NCBI GenBank assembly: GCA_977020255.1
Contig: CDROCS010001101.1
Coordinates: 372,001 to 436,000, forward strand
Direction: 5' to 3'
Length of the DNA: 64,000 nt
Source: Obrimoposthia wandeli
Lineage: Eukaryota
Shown piece after piece: positions 10,648-21,672 of this stretch. The number at the start of each line of letters is the position of its first letter. The first letter of the stretch is position 1. Both the position numbers and the translations under genes were made by a program. The notes under the pieces are model-generated. The model was not told where the DNA came from and did no database searches. It saw only the letters and a list, made by a program, of their open reading frames with translations.

Positions 10648-11031
10648 ATGCAAGCAATCGCATTTATTAATGAGAAATCAGCACTATTAACCAATAATAT
10701 AAACCAATTTCTCATGCATAAAACCAGTTATAAAGAATTAAGTAATCTGGTATGGGATGTGTTACAAGATTGGCAATCTCTGGATGTAGTCGACGAAAAA
10801 GTCTCAAATGAAAAAGAACAAATATTTTGGTTTTTGATTTTTGAATTACATTACTGGGGAGAAGAAAAGTTAGACACTGACATCGAATTACGTAAAAATT
10901 TATATAATTGCGCATTATACTTAGATCGTGAACAAGACTTACCAAAAAACTGTATTGGTTTACGACCAAACAGATTGGTTTCGGAAGAAAACTCAACCAG
11001 CAAGGAGCAAGACATCGTTACATCACGTTAG
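10648..11031 (+). CDS. hypothetical protein
   Basis: RBS GGAG, 127 aa ORF, followed by a terminator. Confidence 0.7.
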   Translation: MQAIAFINEKSALLTNNINQFLMHKTSYKELSNLVWDVLQDWQSLDVVDEKVSNEKEQIFWFLIFELHYWGEEKLDTDIELRKNLYNCALYLDREQDLPKNCIGLRPNRLVSEENSTSKEQDIVTSR

Positions 11032-11056
11032 GTCATCCTCATTTCAACGTTATAAA

Positions 11057-11090
11057 AAACCCCTTAGAAATATACATCGCTAAGGGGTTT
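11057..11090. terminator. terminator between convergent genes
   Basis: AAACCCCTTAG / CTAAGGGGTTT. Confidence 0.75.
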
Positions 11091-11137
11091 CATCAATTAT
11101 CGTCGCTATTTAACGCCGTTTATCTCACAGTCATCAC

Positions 11138-11998
11138 TTACTGTTCAATTTCATCAGCCGATTGAATACGCGCTAAACGATCAAGTTCTTCTTCTCTTGC
11201 TGCGTTAATCTCATCTAAAATACCTTCAACATCAGCAGATTCAGTATTTTCAACAAACTCACCGGTCAACTTAATTTCAGTAGTCAACTCACCAAGTTCA
11301 TAAAGCGCCCACATCTCTTTGGCATACTTTGTTTCAAGTAACTCAGGTGCATATTGGCCGTAATATTGAGTCATATTCTCAACATCCCGTTCAAGCATCC
11401 ATTTTGCATTATTATTTGCTGATGCATCAACCGCTTGCGGTAAATCAATAATAACAGGACCGTGTTCATCAACAAGTACATTAAATTCTGATAAATCACC
11501 GTGAATAAGGCCATCGCAAAGCATTAATCTCACATAGTGGATCACTTTGTCATGATCTATCACAGCTTGCTCTGGCGTTAATGAAACATCACCTAAACGC
11601 GGTGCGGCAAAACCATTTACATCAGTGACGAGTTCCATAAGCAAAACACCGTCAAAGCAGCCGTAAGGTTCAGGTACTCGAACGCCCACTTTATCTAAGC
11701 GGTATAACGCGTCAACTTCCGCATTTTGCCATACTTTTTCTTGTTCATTTCGCCCAAAACTAGAGCCTTTTTCCATTGCACGTGCACGTCGACTATTACG
11801 AACTTTTCGACCTTCACGATATTGCACAGCTTGTTTAAAACTACGTTGGTCTGCGTCTTTATAAACTTTTGCGCAACGGATCTCTTCACCACAACGCACA
11901 ACATACACTGTTGCTTCTTTACCACTCATCAACTGACGTAATACTTCGTCAACAAGCCCATCATCAACAAGAGGTTGTATTCTTTGAGGCACTTTCAC
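11138..11998 (-). CDS. RIO1-like Ser/Thr protein kinase (PA4780 family)
   Basis: LMSGKEATVY, AKVYK, IHGDLSEFNVL, IIDLPQ. Confidence 0.9.
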   Translation of the reverse strand: MKVPQRIQPLVDDGLVDEVLRQLMSGKEATVYVVRCGEEIRCAKVYKDADQRSFKQAVQYREGRKVRNSRRARAMEKGSSFGRNEQEKVWQNAEVDALYRLDKVGVRVPEPYGCFDGVLLMELVTDVNGFAAPRLGDVSLTPEQAVIDHDKVIHYVRLMLCDGLIHGDLSEFNVLVDEHGPVIIDLPQAVDASANNNAKWMLERDVENMTQYYGQYAPELLETKYAKEMWALYELGELTTEIKLTGEFVENTESADVEGILDEINAAREEELDRLARIQSADEIEQ

Positions 11999-12102
11999 TA
12001 GTTGTTATCCCCTAGTTAACCGTTACATGAATCTAGGATAATACCATTAAGTGAATTTGTTTTAAAACACCATCGTCTAATTTTTATGCAGTATTATCAT
12101 CT

Positions 12103-12336
12103 TTACTCATTAACTCGCTCACATTTACCTTCGTATACAATACCCGCTGTTGAATCAGTCGTTTTTTGTACTTGAACTTGGCTTAATTGCTGCTTTATTT
12201 TTTTCAGTAAAAAAGGCTTAGCAACAAAACCTACCACTAATAATATGGCAGTTAAGGCCAAGCCAAAGCTTGTCAGCAATACAAAACCGATAAATCCAAT
12301 AAACAGTGTTATAAACTTAATAATTGTATTTTTCAT
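12103..12336 (-). CDS. small membrane protein
   Basis: RBS AGGA, long N-terminal hydrophobic segment. Confidence 0.6.
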   Translation of the reverse strand: MKNTIIKFITLFIGFIGFVLLTSFGLALTAILLVVGFVAKPFLLKKIKQQLSQVQVQKTTDSTAGIVYEGKCERVNE

Positions 12337-12461
12337 GTGATTTCCTACTAATGCTGATTGTTTATAATCACAATACTAATACTCTTAATATGAATCAAAC
12401 ATGAACAAGTGTAAAACACACTCCGAGCTTTCAATAATATCTATCATTGCAGATGCTTTGA

Positions 12462-14687
12462 TTACCACTTAGATAACACAGCGGCAGGTGTAAATTGTGG
12501 ACCGAACTGTTCACAAAGCTGCTCTGCCCTACGCTTAAAATTATCCGCACCATAATGCTCAACAAACTGTAATACTCCGCCAGTCCAAGCTGGAAAACCT
12601 AACCCGAAAATAGAACCAATGTTAGCATCACGGGTACTTGTCACTACGCCTTCTTCATAGGCTCTAAGGGCCTCTAAAGATTGCACAAACAACAAACGGT
12701 CTTTTACTGTATCTAGATCCCAATTATCTTGTGTAGGGAACAGCTCAACTAAACCTGGCCATAATTGTTTGTGCCCTTGTCGGCTGTAATCATAGAAACC
12801 CGCACCAGCAAGTTTACCAAGTCGTTTTACGGCTAAGAGTTTATCTAAAACAGTATCAGCTGGATTATCAAGTCGCTCTTTGCCTTCGGCTTTAAAATCT
12901 AACCGCGTTTGATTCCGTACATTATCAATCAGTGACAAACTCACTTCATCGATGATAGCTAAGGGCCCCACAGGTAATCCCGCTTGAATCGCTGCATTTT
13001 CAATAACTTCAGCCGGTACGCCGTCACTGAGCATACGCATACCTTCGGACACATAAGTGAAAAATAACCGTGAGGTAAAAAAGCCTCGACAATCATTAAC
13101 CACGATGGGTACTTTGCCTATTTGTAATACTAAATCATAAGCTGCGGCCAAGGTAGCTGATGAGGTTTTATCACCTTTTATTATCTCGACTAACGGCATT
13201 TTATCTACTGGAGAAAAGAAGTGTAAGCCAATAAAGTTCTCAGGTTTGCTGGACGCTGTCGCTAAACTCGATATCGGTAACGTCGACGTATTCGATGCCA
13301 TGATTAGACCATAACGATGACTATTAATTTTATTGCCGTCTTTATCACTACTACCATGATTAAGATCCTCACTTGCGTCATTAACATCAATAACGGCGAG
13401 AGTTTCAGAGATCGCTTGTGACTTCACTTTACGGTCTTCAAAAACGGCTTCAATAACCATATCGCAGCCGATCAAATCGGCGTGGGACTTCGATGGTATA
13501 ATACGTCTTAAAATGGCGCCTTTTTCTTCATCTGCAAGTTTACAATTAGCTAAAATAGAGGCTGTATATGATTTAGCAAAAACGGCTTTTTCTATACTTA
13601 TATCTTTTAGGATCACGATAATGCCATGACTTGCTAGCGCATAAGCAATCCCCGCCCCCATCATACCCGCTCCTAGTACGCCAACTTTACTAAACTTCCT
13701 GACGGGATAATCTAGCGGACGCGACGCTCCAGCTTTGACTTCATTATATTGATGCCAAAAGGTATTAATCATATTTTTAGCTACTTGACCACTAATCACA
13801 TTAAGAAAGTAGCGAGTTTCTAATCTTAATGCAGTTTCAACATCGACTTCAGCCGATTCAATCATGACTGCTAAGATAGCCTCTGGCGCAGGGAGATTAC
13901 CTTGTGTTTTTTGCTTTAACATGGCGGGTGCTTGTACCAGCAAACTCGCGATATCGGGGTTATTTACATTACCGCCGGGAAGTTGATAGTGTTCAATATC
14001 GAAGGGCTGCTTCACTGGTTGTGATTGTGACAAGATCCAGTGAGTTGCTTGCGCCAGCATTTGCACATTGGATGTTGCAATCTGATCAATCAGGCCTAGC
14101 TTCACGCCTTCTTCACTATCGAATTGCTTACCTTTAAGCAGATACGGGATTGACGTTTCAAATCCTAATAATCTTGTCATTCTGACGATACCACCAACAC
14201 CCGGTATTAAGCCTAACGTGACTTCTGGTAATCCTAGCGTTACTGCTGGCAAACCTAATTTTGGGGGGGTAACCAAGGCTACGCGATAATGGCAGGCTAA
14301 CGCTAATTCCCAACCACTACCAAGTGCCGCGCCATTTATACAAGCAACAACCGGTTTTCCGCATGTCTCTAACCAACGCATAGACTCTTTCAGCGAGGAT
14401 AATAACTGGAAACTGGCTTCGATGTCTTGCACCGCACCATCGCTGAGTTCCGCTATATCACCACCAGCAAAAAAACTTGTTTTTGCAGAGCGCAGAACAA
14501 CACCGGTAAACGTCATTTTTTTGAGCTCATTCACTGTTTTTACATAGTCATCAATAAAACTGCGATCAAGTAAATTAACCTTTGAATCGGCTTTATCGAA
14601 AATTAAATGCACTATTCCAGCATCATCTTGATCTATACGAATTGATGACGTCATACTCATTAATGACACAGTACTAATTAATGACAT
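12462..14687 (-). CDS. fatty-acid oxidation multifunctional enzyme alpha subunit (enoyl-CoA hydratase plus 3-hydroxyacyl-CoA dehydrogenase; FadB/FadJ-like)
   Basis: FFAGGD, ALGSGWELALAC, PEVTLGLIPG, VLGAGMMGAGIA, ASNTS, GLHFFSPV. Confidence 0.9.
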   Translation of the reverse strand: MSLISTVSLMSMTSSIRIDQDDAGIVHLIFDKADSKVNLLDRSFIDDYVKTVNELKKMTFTGVVLRSAKTSFFAGGDIAELSDGAVQDIEASFQLLSSLKESMRWLETCGKPVVACINGAALGSGWELALACHYRVALVTPPKLGLPAVTLGLPEVTLGLIPGVGGIVRMTRLLGFETSIPYLLKGKQFDSEEGVKLGLIDQIATSNVQMLAQATHWILSQSQPVKQPFDIEHYQLPGGNVNNPDIASLLVQAPAMLKQKTQGNLPAPEAILAVMIESAEVDVETALRLETRYFLNVISGQVAKNMINTFWHQYNEVKAGASRPLDYPVRKFSKVGVLGAGMMGAGIAYALASHGIIVILKDISIEKAVFAKSYTASILANCKLADEEKGAILRRIIPSKSHADLIGCDMVIEAVFEDRKVKSQAISETLAVIDVNDASEDLNHGSSDKDGNKINSHRYGLIMASNTSTLPISSLATASSKPENFIGLHFFSPVDKMPLVEIIKGDKTSSATLAAAYDLVLQIGKVPIVVNDCRGFFTSRLFFTYVSEGMRMLSDGVPAEVIENAAIQAGLPVGPLAIIDEVSLSLIDNVRNQTRLDFKAEGKERLDNPADTVLDKLLAVKRLGKLAGAGFYDYSRQGHKQLWPGLVELFPTQDNWDLDTVKDRLLFVQSLEALRAYEEGVVTSTRDANIGSIFGLGFPAWTGGVLQFVEHYGADNFKRRAEQLCEQFGPQFTPAAVLSKW

Positions 14688-14689
14688 AG

Positions 14690-15907
14690 TTATCCCTCTA
14701 CACGTTCAATAATTGTTGCGATCCCCATGCCTCCACCGACACATAAGGTTGCAAGACCCCGCTTTAAATTACGAGCTTCTAATTCATCTAATAACGTGTT
14801 CAAAATAATCGCGCCCGTTGCACCTAACGGATGCCCCATCGCAATCGAACCGCCATTAACATTAACAATATCAGCCGAGATATTCAGTTCATTCATAAAC
14901 CGCATGACAACAGCTGCGAACGCTTCGTTCACTTCAAATAAATCAATATCGTCAATGGTTAATCCCGCGACAGCTAATGCTTTTTGGGTTGCTGGCACAG
15001 GGCCTGTTAACATAATAGTAGGATCTGCGCCAACGACAGCCGTTGCGACAATTCTTGCTCTGGGTTTTAAGCCCCATTTAGTGCCAGCCTCCGCACTACC
15101 CACTAAAACTAGCGCTGCGCCATCGACAATACCAGAGGCATTACCGGGCGTATGAACATGGTTAATGTGCCCGATTTGTGGGTAACGACGCTTAGCAACA
15201 CTATCAAACACCGTCTGACCAAGATAAGCAAATGCCGGTTTTAATTTTGCTAATGAAGTAACAGAGCAATCAGCTCGAACGAGTTGATCTTTGTCGAGTA
15301 ATAACATGCCATTACGGTCGTGTACGGGAATGACTGAATTAGCGAATGCACCACGATACCAAGCAGCGGCTGCTCGTTGATGAGAACGCGCTGCAAATGT
15401 ATCTACATCTTCACGGCTATAACCATCAAGCGTCGCAATTAAATCTGCACCGATCCCTTGTGGCATATAATCAGTGGCTAAACTGGTTTCAGGATCCATC
15501 GACCATGCGCCCCCATCAGCGCCCATTTTGACCCGAGACATAGATTCAATACCGCCAGCTATCACCAAATTCTCCCAACCAGAACGGATTTTCATCGCCG
15601 CCATATTCACAGATTCAAGCCCAGAGGCACAAAATCGGTTGATACTTACTCCCGCGACATTGTCTTTCCAACCAGCAACCAGCGCAGCTGTTTTAGCAAT
15701 GTCAGCACCTTGTTCACCTACCGGCGTCACGCAACCTAATACGATGTCATCAACCGCATCTGTATCAAAGCCATTTCGAACCTGCAAATGATTGAGTAAA
15801 CCAGCTAGAAGATTAACGGGTTTGACTTCATGCAAAGCACCACTGGGTTTACCTAAACCGCGTGGTGTGCGAATCGCGTCATAAATGAAAGCTTGAGGGA
15901 TCATCAA
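14690..15907 (-). CDS. acetyl-CoA acyltransferase (thiolase), operonic with the alpha subunit
   Basis: [25 protein letters not shown] catalytic motifs. Confidence 0.93.
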   Translation of the reverse strand: MMIPQAFIYDAIRTPRGLGKPSGALHEVKPVNLLAGLLNHLQVRNGFDTDAVDDIVLGCVTPVGEQGADIAKTAALVAGWKDNVAGVSINRFCASGLESVNMAAMKIRSGWENLVIAGGIESMSRVKMGADGGAWSMDPETSLATDYMPQGIGADLIATLDGYSREDVDTFAARSHQRAAAAWYRGAFANSVIPVHDRNGMLLLDKDQLVRADCSVTSLAKLKPAFAYLGQTVFDSVAKRRYPQIGHINHVHTPGNASGIVDGAALVLVGSAEAGTKWGLKPRARIVATAVVGADPTIMLTGPVPATQKALAVAGLTIDDIDLFEVNEAFAAVVMRFMNELNISADIVNVNGGSIAMGHPLGATGAIILNTLLDELEARNLKRGLATLCVGGGMGIATIIERVEG

Positions 15908-16058
15908 CGACTCCTAGATAGTTGAATAAGAATTGAATAAGTAGCTAAATAAATAGTTGAATATGTTATCGATATAATTAAAAACATTAACCTAACAATA
16001 GCACAACAACCCATTAATCTTCATTTTATCAACCCCGTACAAACTAAACCTCACGCCA

Positions 16059-16664
16059 TCATTGTGTTGCTTGCAGGGTTGTTGCAGAAATACCATTATG
16101 ATCTTTTAAGTGAACATCTGCCCCGCGGCTGATTAACATCGCTTTCAATTCTTCACGACCAAATAAAGTGGCATACATAACCGCTGTTTGCCCTACTCTA
16201 TTTTTCTGATTAGCGTCACAATCACTTTTCATCAATAGGTTTGCAATACTAAACTCGGCTCGCACAATCGCAGCCATCAATGCAGTATTGCCTTTATTAT
16301 CTTCTGCACAAACATTAGCGCCACGTGCTACCAATGAATTAACGATAGATATGCGGCCGTTATAAGTCGCTATCATTAACGCGGTATAACCTTTACGATT
16401 CCGGATATCAATCGGTAATCCCGCATTTAAAAAGACTTCAATAACATCATCGTCCCCCGTCCTCGCAGCCGCATAATAATACGGCGTTAAATCCTCATAA
16501 CCTTCGATGCTGGATAGCTGATGTGCAGAGCGTTCTTGTGTAGATGGCTCTTCTGTAAATTCTTGTATAAATGGTTCAGCCGCGTGTAAATTAACAATGA
16601 CCAGTAAAGATAAGACAGGTATTACAAACAATATCAGCGGCAATATTTTTCTTAGATTGAACAT
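16059..16664 (-). CDS. ankB: exported ankyrin-repeat protein associated with catalase
   Basis: N-terminal hydrophobic segment; repeats GYTALM, GNTALM, GQTAVM; lies directly downstream of katB, as in Pseudomonas katB-ankB. Confidence 0.85.
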   Translation of the reverse strand: MFNLRKILPLILFVIPVLSLLVIVNLHAAEPFIQEFTEEPSTQERSAHQLSSIEGYEDLTPYYYAAARTGDDDVIEVFLNAGLPIDIRNRKGYTALMIATYNGRISIVNSLVARGANVCAEDNKGNTALMAAIVRAEFSIANLLMKSDCDANQKNRVGQTAVMYATLFGREELKAMLISRGADVHLKDHNGISATTLQATQ

Positions 16665-16735
16665 CTTGAAAGTACTCGATTCATATTGGCAATGCGAAAG
16701 AAAGCCTCTTTCGCATTGCGGTCATTTCAGTGCGT

Positions 16736-18274
16736 TTATAAACTCATTGCCAGTGTTTTCACTTTAGCAATATCGCCATTAACAGCTTGCGTTAATTTCA
16801 TGCCGTAATCAGCATCCGCTTTATAAAAATAACTCAACATTTTATGCTTAGTATTAATATCCTTAACAGAGCCAAGATCTCCCGCTAAGTTTCGAATCAA
16901 ATTAAGCTGTTCTTGCTCAGAAAAACTGCGATATAGTTCACCGGTTTGAGCAAAGTTTGACTTCTTTGCAATTGTCGCTTGTTGAACTTGCCCTGCAAGC
17001 GATGGCGTTGAGTGACGCGCTTTAGTATTCTCAACAACCCCTTCTCTGCTTGGTTGATAATTAACATTAGACTGGGTTACACCAACATTTAGCGCACCAT
17101 CTTGATTATAATTTACAACATTTACCACAGGTCGGTTTATCGGCAATTGTTGGTGATTAGCACCGAGTCGATACATTTGAGTATCAGAATAAGAAAACAT
17201 ACGTCCCTGCAGTAATCTATCTTCCGACGGTTCAATACCAGGGATAAGGTTTGCAGGCGCCATCGCAACTTGTTCAGTCTCTTGGAAGAAGTTAGTCGGC
17301 ATTCTATTTAACGTCATCGTGCCGACTTTTGTTTCAGTAATATCAGTCCACACTTTGGTCGCATCAAGTGGGTTATAGTCAAAATTGTTAAGATCTGACG
17401 GGCTCATTATCTTGATATACAGATCCCACTGCGGATATTGCTCGTCAGCAATACTGGCATACAAATCGCGCGTTAAATGTTGGAAGTCTGTCGATTGCAT
17501 CTTAGCCACTTCATCCGCGTCTAAATTATCAATACCTTGCAAGCTCTTCCAGTGGAATTTCACATAACTCACTTCACCCGCATCATTAATCATTTTATAA
17601 GCATGAACACCAAAACCATCCATTTTACGGTAACTTGCAGGTGTGCCATTATCACTGTATACCCACGTCAACATGTGGATAGCGCCAGGTTCATTAGAAA
17701 AGAAATCAAACACACGGTTGGCATCTTGTATATTAGTCACAGGCGAAGGTTTTAACGAATGCACCATATCAGGGAATTTAATCGCATCTCGAATAAAAAA
17801 CACCGGTAGGTTATTACCGACCAGATCCCAATTACCTTCATCCGTATAGAATTTTGTAGCAAAACCACGTGGATCACGTACGGTTTCAGGACTGCCTTTA
17901 CTGTGGATCACCGAAGAAAAACGTACAAATACCGGAGTTTCTTTACCTTTATCTGCAAATGGTGCCGCTGCAGTAATACCACTAAAATCAGTACTTGCTA
18001 CGAATACACCATGAGCGCCTGCGCCACGTGGATGCACAACACGTTCAGGAATACGTTCACGCGCAAAACGCTGTAGTTTTTGAATTAACTGCACATCTTC
18101 TAATAGCACGCTGCCGTTTGGACCTGCGGTAATTGAATTTTGGTTATCACCAACTGGTGCACCATTATCTCGAGTGAGGGTTTCAGCTGTCACGTTAAAA
18201 GCAATACCTGCGGTTAAGGTGCTCGTTACACTAAAAGCTAAGGCAATCGCTAAAGGTTTTTTGTTAAAATTCAT
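16736..18274 (-). CDS. katB: exported monofunctional heme catalase (KatB type)
   Basis: Signal peptide; FARERIPERVVH distal His, RDPRGFA, LQGRMFSYSDTQ proximal Tyr. Confidence 0.92.
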   Translation of the reverse strand: MNFNKKPLAIALAFSVTSTLTAGIAFNVTAETLTRDNGAPVGDNQNSITAGPNGSVLLEDVQLIQKLQRFARERIPERVVHPRGAGAHGVFVASTDFSGITAAAPFADKGKETPVFVRFSSVIHSKGSPETVRDPRGFATKFYTDEGNWDLVGNNLPVFFIRDAIKFPDMVHSLKPSPVTNIQDANRVFDFFSNEPGAIHMLTWVYSDNGTPASYRKMDGFGVHAYKMINDAGEVSYVKFHWKSLQGIDNLDADEVAKMQSTDFQHLTRDLYASIADEQYPQWDLYIKIMSPSDLNNFDYNPLDATKVWTDITETKVGTMTLNRMPTNFFQETEQVAMAPANLIPGIEPSEDRLLQGRMFSYSDTQMYRLGANHQQLPINRPVVNVVNYNQDGALNVGVTQSNVNYQPSREGVVENTKARHSTPSLAGQVQQATIAKKSNFAQTGELYRSFSEQEQLNLIRNLAGDLGSVKDINTKHKMLSYFYKADADYGMKLTQAVNGDIAKVKTLAMSL

Positions 18275-18523
18275 TTGTCTATCTCACTAACACTATAAAG
18301 TATATTATCAAAGTGGGCAGTCTAATGAGGTTAGTATGATTTGTTAATACGTTATAACCTTACACATTAAAAGGAATTAACTATCTAAAACAATAGTTAA
18401 AACAACGACTAAAAGAAAAAACCTATCAATCTAGTAGTCTATACAAATGAATATCAAACTGGACTTTTAGTGCTAATGAATTGATAATCAATTTACTAAT
18501 AGATTCTTAAATATAAATAAACT

Positions 18524-20239
18524 ATGCCTCTTCGCGATTACCAACAAGCAGCTGTCGATGCCGCTTTAGCTCACTTTAGAAAATCGGATCAGCCTGCAGT
18601 GATCACACTGCCAACAGGTGCAGGTAAAAGTCACGTACTAGCGGAATTAGCCCGTCTAGCAAGGCACCCAGTACTGATCCTTGCCCATGTAAAAGAGCTG
18701 GTGGAACAAAATCACAGCAAGTTCGAACATGACGGTTTTGAAGCAGGTATCTTTGCAGCAGGGTTAGGAAAAAAACAGCATGGTCTTAAAACCACCTTTG
18801 CCAGTGTGCAATCACTAAGCCGTAATCTAGATAAGTTTGATGGTTTCTTTTCATTACTGATTATCGATGAATGCCACCGCGTCAGTTTGAGTGAAGATAG
18901 CCAATATCAAAAAGTCATCAGCCATTTAAAAAAAACCAATCCAAAACTAAAAGTACTTGGCCTTACAGCAACACCTTACCGTTTAGACAAAGGCTGGATA
19001 TACAAAAAGCATTATCAAGGTTATGTCAGAACAGAAGACGATACCCCGTTTGAAAGCTGTATTTTTGAATTACCACTACGCTATCTAGTACAAAAAGGGT
19101 TCTTAACCACACCAACCGTAATCGATGCACCCGTTGCCCGTTATCAGTTTGATGATTTGCCACTGGAATATAATGAAGTACAACTGGATCAATTTTTAGC
19201 TAAGAGCCCCCGAGTCACCCATGCGATCTGCAAACAATTAATTGAGCTTGCAGCGAATCGTAAAGGCATAATGATCTTTGCTGCCAGTATCAAGCACGCA
19301 AAAGAGATCTTCAAACAATTACCAGACGAACAAGCCGCGATTATCACAGGTAAAACTTCGATTAAAGAACGTGATGAATTGATTCGTCAATTTAAAGCCA
19401 AGGAAGTTAAATATCTCGTTAATGTGTCGGTATTAACCACAGGTTTCGATGCCCCACACGTTGACGTTATCGCTATTTTACGCCGAACAGACTCCGTCAG
19501 TTTGTATCAACAAATAGCAGGTCGCGGCTTACGTCTCGCTGAAGGTAAAACCGATTGTTTAATTATTGATTACGCAGGTAATGGATTTGATTTATACCAA
19601 CCTGAAATTGGCTCAACCAAACCCAGCAGTAATAGCGATCTCGTACAAGTACCCTGCCCAAGCTGTGACTTCGCCAATCTTTTTTGGGGGATAACCGATG
19701 CAGATGGTGACATTATTGAGCACTATGGTCGTCGCTGCCAAGGCTTAGTTGAGGCCAACAATGGCAGTGAAGAGCAGTGTAATTACCGCTTTAAATACAA
19801 ACAATGCCCTCAATGTAACGCCGAGAATGATATTGCTGCCCGAGAGTGCCAACAATGTCACGTTGATTTGATCGATCCAGACAATCAGCTGAAAAAAGCA
19901 CTACAATTAAAAGACCGTAAAGTACTGCGTTGTTCAGGCATGTCAGCACAAGCTGATGGCGATAAAATAAAACTTAATTATCATGATGAGGATGGTGATG
20001 TTGTTAAAGAAACCTTCTACTTCAGTAACAGCAAACAACGCCAACGCTTTTTTAGCATTTTTTCAAGAACCATCACTGGCGCGTCGATTACAGCTACAAC
20101 AGCTGAACAAATAGTAACGCAGGTACAAGGGTTTGTACCGCCTGATTTCGTGATAGCAAAAAAAGACAAATATTTCTGGAAAATTGAACATCGTATATTT
20201 GATTACAAAGGTAACTATAGAAAAGCCAATCAGATTTAG
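18524..20239 (+). CDS. radD: SF2 DNA repair helicase RadD/YejH
   Basis: LPTGAGKS, DECH, LTATP, TGFDAP, GRGLR and C-terminal CxxC zinc clusters. Confidence 0.9.
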   Translation: MPLRDYQQAAVDAALAHFRKSDQPAVITLPTGAGKSHVLAELARLARHPVLILAHVKELVEQNHSKFEHDGFEAGIFAAGLGKKQHGLKTTFASVQSLSRNLDKFDGFFSLLIIDECHRVSLSEDSQYQKVISHLKKTNPKLKVLGLTATPYRLDKGWIYKKHYQGYVRTEDDTPFESCIFELPLRYLVQKGFLTTPTVIDAPVARYQFDDLPLEYNEVQLDQFLAKSPRVTHAICKQLIELAANRKGIMIFAASIKHAKEIFKQLPDEQAAIITGKTSIKERDELIRQFKAKEVKYLVNVSVLTTGFDAPHVDVIAILRRTDSVSLYQQIAGRGLRLAEGKTDCLIIDYAGNGFDLYQPEIGSTKPSSNSDLVQVPCPSCDFANLFWGITDADGDIIEHYGRRCQGLVEANNGSEEQCNYRFKYKQCPQCNAENDIAARECQQCHVDLIDPDNQLKKALQLKDRKVLRCSGMSAQADGDKIKLNYHDEDGDVVKETFYFSNSKQRQRFFSIFSRTITGASITATTAEQIVTQVQGFVPPDFVIAKKDKYFWKIEHRIFDYKGNYRKANQI

Positions 20240-20357
20240 AATGTTAACTCTAAAAATAAAGTGCTAAAAACAGCCTTAAAAGACTAAAATTAGACCAGTT
20301 GGCTGTCACGACTTCAACGCCATTGTCAATAAAAATACTAGTAAAACTACCTATTTG

Positions 20358-20372
20358 GTAAATATACGTAAA
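20358..20372 (+). promoter_or_regulatory. CpxR-type box upstream of the RND operon
   Basis: GTAAA-TATAC-GTAAA, exact match to GTAAA-N5-GTAAA. Confidence 0.6.
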
Positions 20373-20551
20373 TAAATTATTTTAATAGACAAAATGCTTG
20401 ATTGCGCTTAGTTAACATCTAAAATAGGTATAACAAACACATCTCTGAACGAGCTTTCAGCGAAAGTCATCTTTACCGATACAGCATGGACAAGCTCAGT
20501 TTCATATCAGAATTTATAATATATGTATAACACCCCGGAGTTAATCTAGTC

Positions 20552-21661
20552 ATGAAAAAGTGGACCTTAGCCATGTTACTAATCGCACTCGCCTTGTTTG
20601 GCAGCGTGATTGGTTTTAATCTTTTTAAACAGCAAAAGATTGCAGAATTTATGGCCAATAGACCTGAACCTGAGTTTCCAGTAACTGTTGTTGATATCAA
20701 AACATCAGATTGGATCCCAACTATTCAAGCTATTGGTTTTATCGAACCTAACCAAGGTGTAGAAATTTCTAACGAAATTGCTGGTAAAATCGATCGCATC
20801 TCATTTGACTCAGGTACGAAAGTAACTAAAGGTCAATTATTGGTTAATCTAGACTCTCGCGTAGAAAAAGCCAACCTAAAAAGTTCGCAAGCAAAACTGA
20901 ACGCGTCTAAATCTAAATTCTTACGATATGAAGCACTGTATAAGAAAAATGCAGTATCAAAAGAAGCATTAGACGAATCTGAAGCTGCATACTCTTCACT
21001 ACTTGCTGATATTGAAAGTCAAAAAGCAGTGATTGAACGTCGCCAAATCACAGCACCGTTCGACGGTGAAGTTGGTTTACGTAACGTATTCTTAGGTGAG
21101 TTTTTATCTGTAGGTACATCAATCGTTCGTTTAGAAGATACGAGTGTAATGCGTCTTCGATTCACTGTGCCACAAACTCAAATTTCAAAAGTTTACTTAG
21201 GTCAAGTTGTTGAAATTTTTGTTGATTCTTATCCTGAAACAGCTTTCAGCGGTAAAATTAGCGCTATCGAACCTGCGGTAAATTATCAAAGTGGTTTAAT
21301 CCAAATCCAAGCTGATATTCCAAACAACGATTCACAACTTCGTTCAGGTATGTTTGCACGTGCGAATGTCATTTTGCCTACAGTTGAAAAGCAAATTACA
21401 GTGCCACAAACTGCAATTACGTTTACGCTTTACGGTGATAATATCTACATCGTTAACGAAGACGAAAATGGTGATTTACGTGTAACACAATCGGTTGTCA
21501 AAGTTGGCGAACGTATTGATGCTATCGCTCATGTATTGGACGGCGTTAAAGCTGGTGACAAAATTGTCACATCAGGTCAAGTACGTTTAAGTAATCACGC
21601 GAAAGTGCGTATTATTGAAAACGATACATTGAAAGTACCAGCTGAAACACCAATGCTTTAA
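20552..21661 (+). CDS. vexA: RND efflux periplasmic adaptor (VexA-like)
   Basis: N-terminal anchor, lipoyl/hairpin MFP pattern (ITAPFDG, LRSGMF), upstream of an RND permease. Confidence 0.8.
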   Translation: MKKWTLAMLLIALALFGSVIGFNLFKQQKIAEFMANRPEPEFPVTVVDIKTSDWIPTIQAIGFIEPNQGVEISNEIAGKIDRISFDSGTKVTKGQLLVNLDSRVEKANLKSSQAKLNASKSKFLRYEALYKKNAVSKEALDESEAAYSSLLADIESQKAVIERRQITAPFDGEVGLRNVFLGEFLSVGTSIVRLEDTSVMRLRFTVPQTQISKVYLGQVVEIFVDSYPETAFSGKISAIEPAVNYQSGLIQIQADIPNNDSQLRSGMFARANVILPTVEKQITVPQTAITFTLYGDNIYIVNEDENGDLRVTQSVVKVGERIDAIAHVLDGVKAGDKIVTSGQVRLSNHAKVRIIENDTLKVPAETPML

Positions 21662-21672
21662 TCGGAGGATAC

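Noticed and set aside
18380-18430. OxyR site upstream of katB
   Set aside because: ATAG/CTAT tetramers are present, but their spacing does not fit the ATAG-N7-CTAT-N7-ATAG-N7-CTAT pattern.
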